A DNA stretch of 64,000 nt from an uncultured Candidatus Saccharibacteria bacterium (GTDB lineage Bacteria; Patescibacteriota; Saccharimonadia; Saccharimonadales; JACDBH01): positions 16,072 to 80,071 of the forward strand of contig CAZBAF010000004.1 in NCBI GenBank assembly GCA_964490245.1, in the 5' to 3' direction. The notes beneath the pieces are model-generated. The model did not search any database. It saw only the letters and a program-made list of their open reading frames with translations, and was not told the DNA's origin. The translations under genes and the position numbers were made by a program. Positions within the stretch are counted from its first letter, which is position 1, and the number at the start of each line of letters is the position of its first letter. Positions 9,881 to 18,253 of the stretch are shown here, one piece after another.

Positions 9881-10005
9881 TTTCATGGGGGCAGAATCGG
9901 TTTTTTGACGGTGGTTAGACCGAAAGACGGGACAATCCCATCGCGATTCAACGCCTCCATGGCCTGGATAGTCCAGGGCTTTATCGAGTCTCCGTGTCAC
10001 GGGGA

Positions 10006-10443
10006 TCAGCCGGCGTTGCGCTGCTCGTTGAGCGAGCCGATACTGGCCAGCTTGGCCTTGCTGCCGAACCGCCGCCTAACTGTGTTCGCCACCAGCACGA
10101 TCAGGAACCCGATCACGTAACTGACGTTCAGGATGATGTACAGAGCCCAGGCGGGCCGAGTTACATAGGGATTGATGCTAATAAGGTAGCAAATGAGCCC
10201 ACCGCTAATCAGGCAAACGATCAGCATTCCAATGAAGTTTTCGATGGTCTCATGTCGCTTGCCTTCGCTGATCGTTATTAGCACAATGCTGCTAGCGGCG
10301 CCGATGCCGATCAGGCTGAACCCGAACATGGCCCAGAACTGCGTTCCTGGATCGGCATCGCCGGGCAGACGGAAGCTCAGGTGCCAGCAGGCGAAGCCGC
10401 TGACGAGGAACAGGACGAGGGTTGAGGCGACGATGAGTCGCAC
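10006..10443 (-). CDS. Small multi-pass membrane protein (hypothetical)
   Basis: 145-aa ORF with four hydrophobic segments. It is flanked by copies C and B of the structured element. Confidence 0.6.
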   Translation of the reverse strand: MRLIVASTLVLFLVSGFACWHLSFRLPGDADPGTQFWAMFGFSLIGIGAASSIVLITISEGKRHETIENFIGMLIVCLISGGLICYLISINPYVTRPAWALYIILNVSYVIGFLIVLVANTVRRRFGSKAKLASIGSLNEQRNAG

Positions 10444-10582
10444 GTCACGGACGGATATGATGCTCCTTAGGGAGACTCTTGGTTGTTCCCAGGTTTGGTC
10501 AAGGGTGGAAACGTCCCTATCCTCTCATTGTAGCATACTTTAATAATATTGTCAATACCTTACCCCTGTTGATGACTAAGAA

Positions 10583-10673
10583 GTGATTAGTTATTAGTGT
10601 TTAGTGATTATAAGCCAGAAGTTAGAAGTGAGTTATTTAGTAGATGGTAGTTAGTAGATAGTAGTTGGTAAAG
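10583..10673 (+). repeat. Heptanucleotide tandem array (13 units), stop-codon rich
   Basis: GTGATTA GTTATTA GTGTTTA GTGATTA TAAGCCA GAAGTTA GAAGTGA GTTATTT AGTAGAT GGTAGTT AGTAGAT AGTAGTT GGTAAAG. The 7-nt register is strict. Confidence 0.8.
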
Positions 10674-11095
10674 GCGGCGTTAGCCGCCATTTAAAACAGC
10701 GCCCTTTAGGGCTTCTGCTGTATCTGGGCATCGGCTTTTGCCCTGAGCGGATGTGCCAAACAGACAACGGCCAAAGGCGGCCAGGTGTTAAGCAATCCCA
10801 TCCCAAGTAGCAAGGGATTGTGCGTTCTGGCCGCGCCGTTGTCTGGTTTGGCAACAGACGCATCAAGGCGAAAACGTAAGCCCGAGCTTCTTTGCATACT
10901 TTCCTCCACCCCACGAAACGGGTTTCGTGGGGGCCCCGGTTGTCGGTACAAGAAAGTATGGCGGCCGAAACCCTGAAAGGGTTTGCCGAAAATTCTTTAT
11001 TAAACAAAAAAGACGGGGTTAAGACCCCCGCAGGGCTTTACCGAAACAACTTTGAAATCCAAAAATAAAACATTCTCACTCTTAGCTGTAAAAAA
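10673..11095 (+). ncRNA. Unclassified multi-copy structured element, copy B (subtype 1)
   Basis: Full scaffold present. Near-identical to A in the central domain (10727-10890). Carries the same insert hairpin as copy F. Confidence 0.6.
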
Positions 11096-11143
11096 TTTAA
11101 AAATTAGTTCTTAATCCAAGACAAGTCATGCCCATTAAAAAAC

Positions 11144-12361
11144 TTAAAAAACCCAGTTCCACATCCGTGACCACAAGGACGGTGCGTTGCCCGCCAGAAT
11201 CTCGGCACTTTGTTCGGTCTTTATGGCTGTGCTTTCTTTATTCTGGTTGGGGTCAGGACTTATCTGCTCGCCCCATATAACCAGGCGGTTAACGTTGGTG
11301 CCGGGCGGGTCGCAGGTCACTAGAATCATGGTACTGGTTTTGCCTGGCACGTCATCAAGTACGCTGATATCGGTCGGCGGCACGATCTTGGTGTCAAAGA
11401 TCCGGTACAGATAGCGCACGCCGTCTTTTTCTATGTAGAAGGTGTCGCCCAGCTCGAGCCGGTTTAAGAGCGCAAAGGCAAATTTGTATTTGCCTCGGTT
11501 AAGAATGTTGCTGCTGGAGTGGCCAAAGATGGCGCCGTTACCCTTTTCGCCCGGCTGGGAGGTGATGGGATAGTGCACGACACCGCGCTCGAGGCCCGCC
11601 TGGATATCCGCCTCTTCAATACTGGTGACATCATAGACAACCGGCGCGTCGACGTTGATTTTAGGGATGATAACGCGCGGGTCAGGGCCGACGGCTGCCG
11701 TGCCGTCCAGGATTAGCGGTGTGGCGCTGACGTCGCGGCTGGGGGTGATAAACGGCGCAATAATACGCTCATTAAAGAAGCCGAACAACAGCAACAGCAT
11801 CATAAAACAGCCGGCTGCCAAGCCAAATGCCAATGACTTGAGGTGTTGTTTGCGGCTGAGCTTGCCGCGGCCCTGGACGCGTTTAACGATTTGCTGCTTG
11901 GCGTCGGCGATGGTGTGTGCGCTGGCTTTTTTGGCGGCCGTTTTTGGCCGGAAGGTGCGCGCACCGGGGACGGGCTCGGTCTCGTCAACAAAAGTGCCGG
12001 TCACGGTTGCGGATGATTTTGCCGATGACTGCCGGCTGCCCGGGGTTTGCGCGGCGTAGAATTCCTCCCAGACCTCGTGCTTTTCGCGGTCCGGCAGCGC
12101 TTTGTAGTAATCGTGCCATTCAATCTGAATCTGGGCGAACGGTTTGCCGCTGGCAGCCAGATCGGCCATAAACTTCTGGTGCTTACTGCGTGACTTGGCC
12201 GGCTCCTGCACGCTTTCTATGGCCTCGGTTACGACATCGGGCTCGCTGGCGTAGAGGCTGTCGAGCTTTTGACGTATCAGGTTTGCGGCCGCGTCACTAC
12301 CGCCCGTCGGGTCGTCATCGGGCAGCTGCAATGATGGTTGTGAGGCAGGGTCCAGTTTCAT
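11144..12361 (-). CDS. Sortase family transpeptidase with a long N-terminal extension
   Basis: 405 aa with a TM helix, then a sortase fold with GHSS and the LVTCDP (TLxTC-type) catalytic Cys motif. Confidence 0.8.
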   Translation of the reverse strand: MKLDPASQPSLQLPDDDPTGGSDAAANLIRQKLDSLYASEPDVVTEAIESVQEPAKSRSKHQKFMADLAASGKPFAQIQIEWHDYYKALPDREKHEVWEEFYAAQTPGSRQSSAKSSATVTGTFVDETEPVPGARTFRPKTAAKKASAHTIADAKQQIVKRVQGRGKLSRKQHLKSLAFGLAAGCFMMLLLLFGFFNERIIAPFITPSRDVSATPLILDGTAAVGPDPRVIIPKINVDAPVVYDVTSIEEADIQAGLERGVVHYPITSQPGEKGNGAIFGHSSSNILNRGKYKFAFALLNRLELGDTFYIEKDGVRYLYRIFDTKIVPPTDISVLDDVPGKTSTMILVTCDPPGTNVNRLVIWGEQISPDPNQNKESTAIKTEQSAEILAGNAPSLWSRMWNWVF

Positions 12362-12478
12362 CCTTGTTCATTATAGCAAGACATCGGGGTTGTTCCCTTC
12401 ACTGGTATAGCGCGGTATAGTATAATCTATCTGTTAATTACCGCGGCGGTCAGGCAGCGGACGTTATCAACAGGTGGA

Positions 12479-12563
12479 GCCGGAGTGGCGGAATTGGTAT
12501 ACGCGTACGACTCAAAATCGTATGTCTTCGGGCTTGAGGGTTCAAGTCCCTCCTCCGGCACCA
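12479..12563 (+). tRNA. tRNA-Leu (anticodon CAA)
   Basis: GCCGGAG...CTCCGGCACCA acceptor stem, long variable arm (GTCTTCGGGCTT), GGTTCAAGTCC T-arm, anticodon loop CTCAAAA and an encoded CCA. Confidence 0.9.
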
Positions 12564-12653
12564 CGTATTGATAACAGAGCTATTTCATCCCTTTTCACCT
12601 CTTGCGCTGCTGCAGTCGAGTCGTGCAGAAAGAAGCTAAAGGTGCGCTATCGC

Positions 12654-12779
12654 ATGGCGTCAAAGCGCGGTTTTTGCCCTGATGATATTTATGTGCGCGG
12701 TGTCGAGGTAAGCGACGCCGGAATCTTTGAGGGAGAAAGCGATCATCGCGGTGTTTGGGCGAAGATTGTGACTGGTTAG
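12654..12779 (+). pseudogene. Possible C-terminal remnant of an endonuclease/exonuclease/phosphatase (EEP) family gene
   Basis: The 41-aa tail ends in ...SDHRGVWAKIVTG, resembling the EEP C-terminal SDHxPV motif (compare xth here, GSDHCPVSIELA). No upstream domain is present. Confidence 0.3.
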
Positions 12780-12785
12780 ATCAGT

Positions 12786-13454
12786 CTAGATGACATGACG
12801 GGTGCCATTGGGGGCTTTTTGAGTGCGCAGTTCGCGCAGCAGACTGTTCCAAGCCATAGACAGAGTAGCTTCATCGCCGGCGCTGATTGCCTCATGCAGA
12901 TCAGGGGTCCGCGCATCAGGGTCAAGAAGTAGGTTCTGGGGCGAAATGACGACAATATCTGCCGTGTACCTTTGAATATCCCCGGGCTTAAGCAATGACT
13001 TGGCCTGTATCTTGTGACGCCGATCATTTGTCCTGAAGATAAGGTCGACACCACGGTTCCTGCCGAACACACCGCCTGCATCCTCACTGTTGTGCGCCAG
13101 TCTGGCATAGCGCCCGAGGCCTTGCGAAGCAATACCCCACCATGTGACGGCATGGATGGCCACTTCTGTTTCGATACCGACTCTTTTGTCATCATGTCCG
13201 GAGTGCACATAGCCATCATTGAGAACCTCGGCGCTGATTTTTTGACAGCCTTCAAATACCGCCTGCGAATGTCTGCTTGGATCTTTATCGAGCAGGAGCG
13301 CTTCATATGCGTCGCTGGCCTCTAAAACAGCGTCATCGTAGGCGTCCCGCGGGCCGCCTGTCTCGCGCAGCTTATGCAGATGATGTATGCGTTCATCTCT
13401 ACTGGAACCAGTAGCGAAAAACACCGCAGTAATAATATCGTGGCCAAACCTCAT
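12786..13454 (-). CDS. Hypothetical protein (possible PD-(D/E)xK-like motif GVDLIF...IQAK; weak)
   Basis: 222-aa ORF with a protein-like composition and no family I recognise. Confidence 0.45.
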   Translation of the reverse strand: MRFGHDIITAVFFATGSSRDERIHHLHKLRETGGPRDAYDDAVLEASDAYEALLLDKDPSRHSQAVFEGCQKISAEVLNDGYVHSGHDDKRVGIETEVAIHAVTWWGIASQGLGRYARLAHNSEDAGGVFGRNRGVDLIFRTNDRRHKIQAKSLLKPGDIQRYTADIVVISPQNLLLDPDARTPDLHEAISAGDEATLSMAWNSLLRELRTQKAPNGTRHVI

Positions 13455-13484
13455 AAGATTGACTATATTTTACAACCATTACAT

Positions 13485-14264
13485 CTATTGCGCAACACTG
13501 GTCGTAATGGCTTCAAAGGGTTTGGCTGGGTGTTGTAGCCAAAAAACCGCTGCTTTGGCGGCGGTTTTTACCTGCCACGCCGGACTGTCTTCGGGCAGCC
13601 GGGTGGTACTGACCCTGCCTTGACGGGCAACGACAAGATTATTCTGTTCTTTTGTGACGATAATAAACGGATGCCGCTGCGTAAAGGTATGCAGGGCCTG
13701 CACCAGTAACAGCAGGCCCATGTCGAGCAGGAAGGGCTTGTCAAACTTCAGGGCGGTTCCCAGGCGTTGCAGTTGGGCCACGGTGACGACCAGACAGGTA
13801 TGAGGGCGCGCTGCTGCCGGTGCGGGTTGGGCCAGCACGTACTCAACCGTATCGCCCGTAAGGGTCAGCAGGCCGTCATACTTTTGCATATAACCTTCCA
13901 GCAATATGGCGGTTTCGCTGTTGCGCCCTAGATCGCCCGCCAGCAGCACGCCGTCTGCCCACGCTGACTGGATTAAAAATTCGTTCAGGGCGTCGCGGCC
14001 AAAGCTGCCGCTGGGGCTGCTGGGCGCAAACTCGTACGGACCCAATGGCCCCAGCGTTTTTTTAAGCGCATCCGGCAGCAGAGTCCGTACGGTGCCGGCG
14101 CCGGCCTGCTCTGCTGCCGCAAATGCCTCTCCGGGCGACGCAAAGCCGTGGGCACTGCCGCCGATTACCAGCAGCTTGCCGGCGTGCTGGCGGTTCTCGG
14201 GGCGGCTCCATAAAATATCTTCAAACAGCGGTGCGTCAGTTGTTTGCTTGAGCCAGTAGTCCAT
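13485..14264 (-). CDS. YjeF C-terminal / NAD(P)H-hydrate dehydratase-like carbohydrate kinase family protein
   Basis: 259 aa with HAGKLLVIGGS..G..GA...A..A...GAG and ADGVLLAGDLG motifs. Confidence 0.5.
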   Translation of the reverse strand: MDYWLKQTTDAPLFEDILWSRPENRQHAGKLLVIGGSAHGFASPGEAFAAAEQAGAGTVRTLLPDALKKTLGPLGPYEFAPSSPSGSFGRDALNEFLIQSAWADGVLLAGDLGRNSETAILLEGYMQKYDGLLTLTGDTVEYVLAQPAPAAARPHTCLVVTVAQLQRLGTALKFDKPFLLDMGLLLLVQALHTFTQRHPFIIVTKEQNNLVVARQGRVSTTRLPEDSPAWQVKTAAKAAVFWLQHPAKPFEAITTSVAQ

Positions 14265-14355
14265 TTCTTTAGAGTACAGAGTTTATGGGACCGAGTACAG
14301 AACCTTAAAAAGGTTTCAGTATCCTTTCAGCTTGGCATGAGACTATACTAGAGCC

Positions 14356-15015
14356 ATGCGCGTGCTTGTTGTTGAAGACGAACCGAAGATCGCGCAGGCG
14401 ATCAAGAAAGGCCTGGAGGCCGAAACATTCAGCGTCGACGTGGTGGAGGACGGTGACAGCGCGCTGAGCTATGGCCGCAGTCCCGAATATGACATCATTG
14501 TTCTTGATTGGATGTTACCAGGCAGTATTGATGGTCGTAAGGCATGCGAGACTTTACGACGCGAGGGTGTCAAAACGCCGATCCTGATGTTGACGGCGCG
14601 CGACGCCACCGAACACAAAGTCAAAGGGCTCAACAGTGGCGCTGATGACTATCTGGCCAAGCCCTTTGACTTTGATGAGCTGATTGCGCGGCTGTACGCC
14701 CTCCTACGTCGGCCGCGCAACCTACTCGGCGAGCAGATCACCGCTGGGGACATTGCGCTCAATCCGGTGACCAAAGAGGTGTTTTATAAAGACAGACCGG
14801 TGCAGCTGACGGCAAAAGAGTTTGCCCTGCTTGAGTACCTGATGCGCCACGCGGGCAACGTGGTCAGCAAAGACGATCTTATCGCGCATGTCTGGAGTGA
14901 CGAGGATGACATCCTGCCTAATACCGTAGAGGTATACGTCGGCTACTTGCGCCGCAAACTGAGCCCTGAGGTGGTTCAGACAAAGCGTGGCTTTGGTTAT
15001 ACAATACAAGCATGA
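14356..15015 (+). CDS. OmpR-family DNA-binding response regulator
   Basis: 219 aa with a receiver domain (VVEDE...DWMLPG...K) and a winged-helix output (LTAKEFALLEYL...GFGY). Confidence 0.9.
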   Translation: MRVLVVEDEPKIAQAIKKGLEAETFSVDVVEDGDSALSYGRSPEYDIIVLDWMLPGSIDGRKACETLRREGVKTPILMLTARDATEHKVKGLNSGADDYLAKPFDFDELIARLYALLRRPRNLLGEQITAGDIALNPVTKEVFYKDRPVQLTAKEFALLEYLMRHAGNVVSKDDLIAHVWSDEDDILPNTVEVYVGYLRRKLSPEVVQTKRGFGYTIQA

Positions 15016-16037
15016 ATCTGCTCCAGAGAGGTCTCAATCTAACTGCATCGCCACGAGCGCGGCTGGCGCTGACATATCTGACCATTATTATGGTCCTGAC
15101 GGTCAGTTTCAGCGCGGTGTTTTATCAGCAATCCATCAGTGAGGCGCGCGCCAATCTGCAGCGGCAGGAATCCAGGCTGCAGCAGTATCTGTACTTTACA
15201 ACGCCCGAAGGCATCAGCAGCATTCAGGCGGCCGAGCTGAAGGCCTTTCGGCGTAATGTGCTGAAGCGGCTGGCGGCGCTGAATATCGGCATGCTGGTCT
15301 TAGGCGGGCTTGTCAGTTATCTGTTGGCCCGCCGCTCGTTGCAGCCGCTTGAGGAGGCGCTGGAGGCACAGGGCCGCTTTACCAGTGATGCGGCACATGA
15401 GCTGCGCACGCCGCTGACCGCCATGAAGACCGAGATTGAAGTGGCTTTGCGTTCGGGCAGCATAACCAATAGTGAAGCGCGCCGGCTGCTGGCCAGCAAT
15501 CTTGAGGAGATTGATAAGCTGCAGCTGCTGACTGCGGCGCTGCTGCGTCTGGCCCGGAGCGATACAACCGATACGTCAACACACAAACGGTACCGGCTTG
15601 CAGATATTTTGCAGGCTGCTGCAGAGCGTCTGGAGTCCCGGGCTGCTGAGCGTCATATCCGTATCGAGCTGCCCGCCACCCGCCTGCTGGTGCGCGGCGA
15701 CAGTGATCAGCTGGTGGAGCTGTTTGTGCCGCTTATTGCCAACGCCATAAAGTACAGCCACGATAATTCGACTGTGTCCATTAAGGCGCGCCGGCGCGAA
15801 GGCCGGCTGTGTGTCGATGTGATCGACACCGGTATTGGTATTGCCGAGGTTGATTTGCCTCATATCTTTGACCGGTTTTATCGGGCTGATCAGTCGCGGA
15901 ACAAGTCCGGTGTGGAAGGCTACGGATTGGGCTTGTCGCTGGCTAAAGCCATCGCCGAAGCGCACGGCGGCCGGATTACGGTTAAAAGCCGGTACGGCAA
16001 AGGCTCGACCTTTCGGGTTATACTGCCGGGCGCATAA
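15012..16037 (+). CDS. Sensor histidine kinase
   Basis: 341 aa with the H-box AAHELRTPL and an HATPase_c domain (NAIKY, DTGIGI, GYGLGL). A 4-nt overlap joins it to the upstream response regulator. Confidence 0.85.
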   Translation: MNLLQRGLNLTASPRARLALTYLTIIMVLTVSFSAVFYQQSISEARANLQRQESRLQQYLYFTTPEGISSIQAAELKAFRRNVLKRLAALNIGMLVLGGLVSYLLARRSLQPLEEALEAQGRFTSDAAHELRTPLTAMKTEIEVALRSGSITNSEARRLLASNLEEIDKLQLLTAALLRLARSDTTDTSTHKRYRLADILQAAAERLESRAAERHIRIELPATRLLVRGDSDQLVELFVPLIANAIKYSHDNSTVSIKARRREGRLCVDVIDTGIGIAEVDLPHIFDRFYRADQSRNKSGVEGYGLGLSLAKAIAEAHGGRITVKSRYGKGSTFRVILPGA

Positions 16038-16096
16038 AATCCGCTGACGAACAGATTATTGATAATAACGCCTAAATATGTGATAATAACAACATT

Positions 16097-17365
16097 ATGA
16101 CCGCACGATCTCCTCTGTCACCGGAACTTGCGCAGGGCGAACAGCTACTGTTTGAGAAAACTACTAATTTTATCCGCGTTACAGACGACGGCCAGTATCA
16201 ATATGCAATGCTGAAAGCGCCTATCCCGCAGTTTTTGCAGGGGCTCATCAGCTGGAGTGATACCTCTCAGGATTTTCTGATGGTAGCTGCGGCTGATATG
16301 TATGATCGCAATATTATCGACATTGCCGGGGATGATATCGAGCATACCATTGACGCCCGCAGCCTAATGGTGCCGAAAGCGCTGGACCGCAAAGCCGGCG
16401 ACGTACAGCATAGTACCCAGATCATGTTCGAGCTGGCAAACATCGCTTTTAAGGGCGTGCTGTTCAGGCCAAAGGGGCTGGATGTGCCGCGGGTTGACCG
16501 GCAGCTGTACGCATCTGACCTGCGTCATAATCATTCCGGCGGCTGGCTCGTCGATGCTTTCAGATACCGGTTGAACGCACTGAAAAGGGTCGAGACAAAA
16601 AAGAACATCGGCAAAGCGGCCGCAGGCCGCCTGCGGGAGCTGGTACCCGGCGCGGGCGAGGACGGCTTTGTGCTAGAGGAAGCACACGTGCACGATTTTA
16701 TACAGAGCGGCCGGGCAGCCACGAGGCCGCGGGCTGTTGAAGCTCTTGCCCCTGTTTTTATGGGGCGGTTTGCTGCCGGGTTGGTGCCGCTTTTAACCGC
16801 CGGCAGTGGCGAGGCCGAGTACTTGAGGCGGCGCTTTATTGATCGCGCCTACGAAGAGTTTCACGAGTCGGGAGCCAGTAAAAAAGTCGGCGAAGTACTG
16901 TTTCATAAAGAAATTGACGAGCGGGCAAAGAGGCACATTCTGGCTGGGGATGCGTATGGCGGCGGCCATCATCTGCCGCGACTGGATCCAAAATACTTCC
17001 GGGTGATCGGGCCTGTGGTCCAGATTGACGGCGGGGTAACGGGCAGCAGTCAGCGAATCAGCGTGGCCCGTACGCAGCGCATGGATAAGGACGGCCGTAC
17101 TGTGGATGACCGCGTACAGGTGTTTTTCCCGCATGAGTGGAGCGATGACGAAGTGCTGGATGCCGTATGTAATCCCAGCCGTCTTGTGCTGCACCGCGAG
17201 AAAGACGGTGTGATAGAGCAGTATATGCATGCGCGCGGTATCGCAATGAAGCGCATTCTCGGCCTGCTTGCCGACAGTGATGACGGGCCGCTGATTACAG
17301 CCTACCCCGTCGCTCATGTGTCGGCTGATCTGCAGAAGCAGCTGGGCGGCCGTCAGGCCAGCTAA
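16097..17365 (+). CDS. Hypothetical protein with a possible C-terminal bacterial EndoU-like nuclease domain
   Basis: 422 aa. The C-terminal motif RHILAGDAYGGGHH...FFPHEWSDDEVLDAV resembles the HIxxGDxxGGGH...FPxxWSxxxI signature I recall for EndoU_bacteria toxin domains. Not verified. Confidence 0.45.
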   Translation: MTARSPLSPELAQGEQLLFEKTTNFIRVTDDGQYQYAMLKAPIPQFLQGLISWSDTSQDFLMVAAADMYDRNIIDIAGDDIEHTIDARSLMVPKALDRKAGDVQHSTQIMFELANIAFKGVLFRPKGLDVPRVDRQLYASDLRHNHSGGWLVDAFRYRLNALKRVETKKNIGKAAAGRLRELVPGAGEDGFVLEEAHVHDFIQSGRAATRPRAVEALAPVFMGRFAAGLVPLLTAGSGEAEYLRRRFIDRAYEEFHESGASKKVGEVLFHKEIDERAKRHILAGDAYGGGHHLPRLDPKYFRVIGPVVQIDGGVTGSSQRISVARTQRMDKDGRTVDDRVQVFFPHEWSDDEVLDAVCNPSRLVLHREKDGVIEQYMHARGIAMKRILGLLADSDDGPLITAYPVAHVSADLQKQLGGRQAS

Positions 17366-18156
17366 GCCAGTTCAATGCTGACCGGGCAGTGATCCGAGCC
17401 CATTTGATCGGGGTGGATTTCGGCCGATTTCACTTGATCTTTCAAAGTTTCTGAAACAAGAAAATAATCGATACGCCAGCCGACGTTGCGTTCGCGGCTT
17501 TTGGCAAAATGACTCCACCAGGTGTAGTAACCGTTTCCCTGCTTGAACATGCGGAAGGTGTCAACAAAGCCCGCCGCCAGCCAGTTGTCAAAGCCCTGGC
17601 GCTCTTCCATCGTAAAGCCCTTTTTGCCCTCGTTTGGCTTGGGGTTGGCCAGGTCGTCCTCGGTGTGCGCCACATTCATGTCACCGCAGTAAATGACCGG
17701 CTTTTTCTTTTGCAGCTCGGCGCAGTAGGTCAGAATGGCTTTGTCCCATTGCTGGCGCAGCGGGATGCGGGTCAGGTCGTCTTTGGCATTTGGCGTGTAG
17801 GCGGTGACGACATAAAAATCCTCATATTCGGCAGCAATGACCCTGCCCTCGTCGTTGCTGTGGCCATAGCCGTCCGCCACCAGCCCGTTGGCCTGCACAA
17901 ACTCCTCAGGGATATCGTTGATAATAGCCAGCGGCTTGATCTTGGTAAAGATTGCCGTGCCGCTGTAGCCCTTTTTGGCTTTGGATGAGTTCCAGTATTC
18001 CTCGTACTGCGGCAGGTCAATCTCGGCCTGCCCCTGTTCTGCCTTTGTCTCCTGCAAGCACAGGATATCCGGGTCGTGCCTGGCTATAAATTTTTGAAAC
18101 TCACCTTTTCTGACGACGGCCCGTATGCCGTTGACGTTCCATGAGAATAGCTTCAT
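17362..18156 (-). CDS. xth: Exodeoxyribonuclease III
   Basis: MKLFSWNVNGIR...QETK...GSDHCPVSIELA. The ORF extends to 18234, but the conserved N-terminus starts at Met27 (18156). Confidence 0.85.
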   Translation of the reverse strand: MKLFSWNVNGIRAVVRKGEFQKFIARHDPDILCLQETKAEQGQAEIDLPQYEEYWNSSKAKKGYSGTAIFTKIKPLAIINDIPEEFVQANGLVADGYGHSNDEGRVIAAEYEDFYVVTAYTPNAKDDLTRIPLRQQWDKAILTYCAELQKKKPVIYCGDMNVAHTEDDLANPKPNEGKKGFTMEERQGFDNWLAAGFVDTFRMFKQGNGYYTWWSHFAKSRERNVGWRIDYFLVSETLKDQVKSAEIHPDQMGSDHCPVSIELA

Positions 18157-18253
18157 ACGCTGTATTGTATCGGAATCCTGATGTTTATTGCCAGCTTCGC
18201 CGTTTTTGGTGGTAAATTGTCGAAAACTTCTCATGCTGATAGACTAAAGTTCA

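Noticed and set aside
10583-10673. The short tandem repeat arrays could be CRISPR arrays.
   Set aside because: The unit length is 7 nt, there are no spacers and there are no cas genes. These are simple phased heptamer arrays.
12474-12779. A 101-aa ORF starts within tRNA-Leu.
   Set aside because: Its first third is the tRNA gene itself. Only the last 41 aa look protein-like, and those are reported as a possible remnant.
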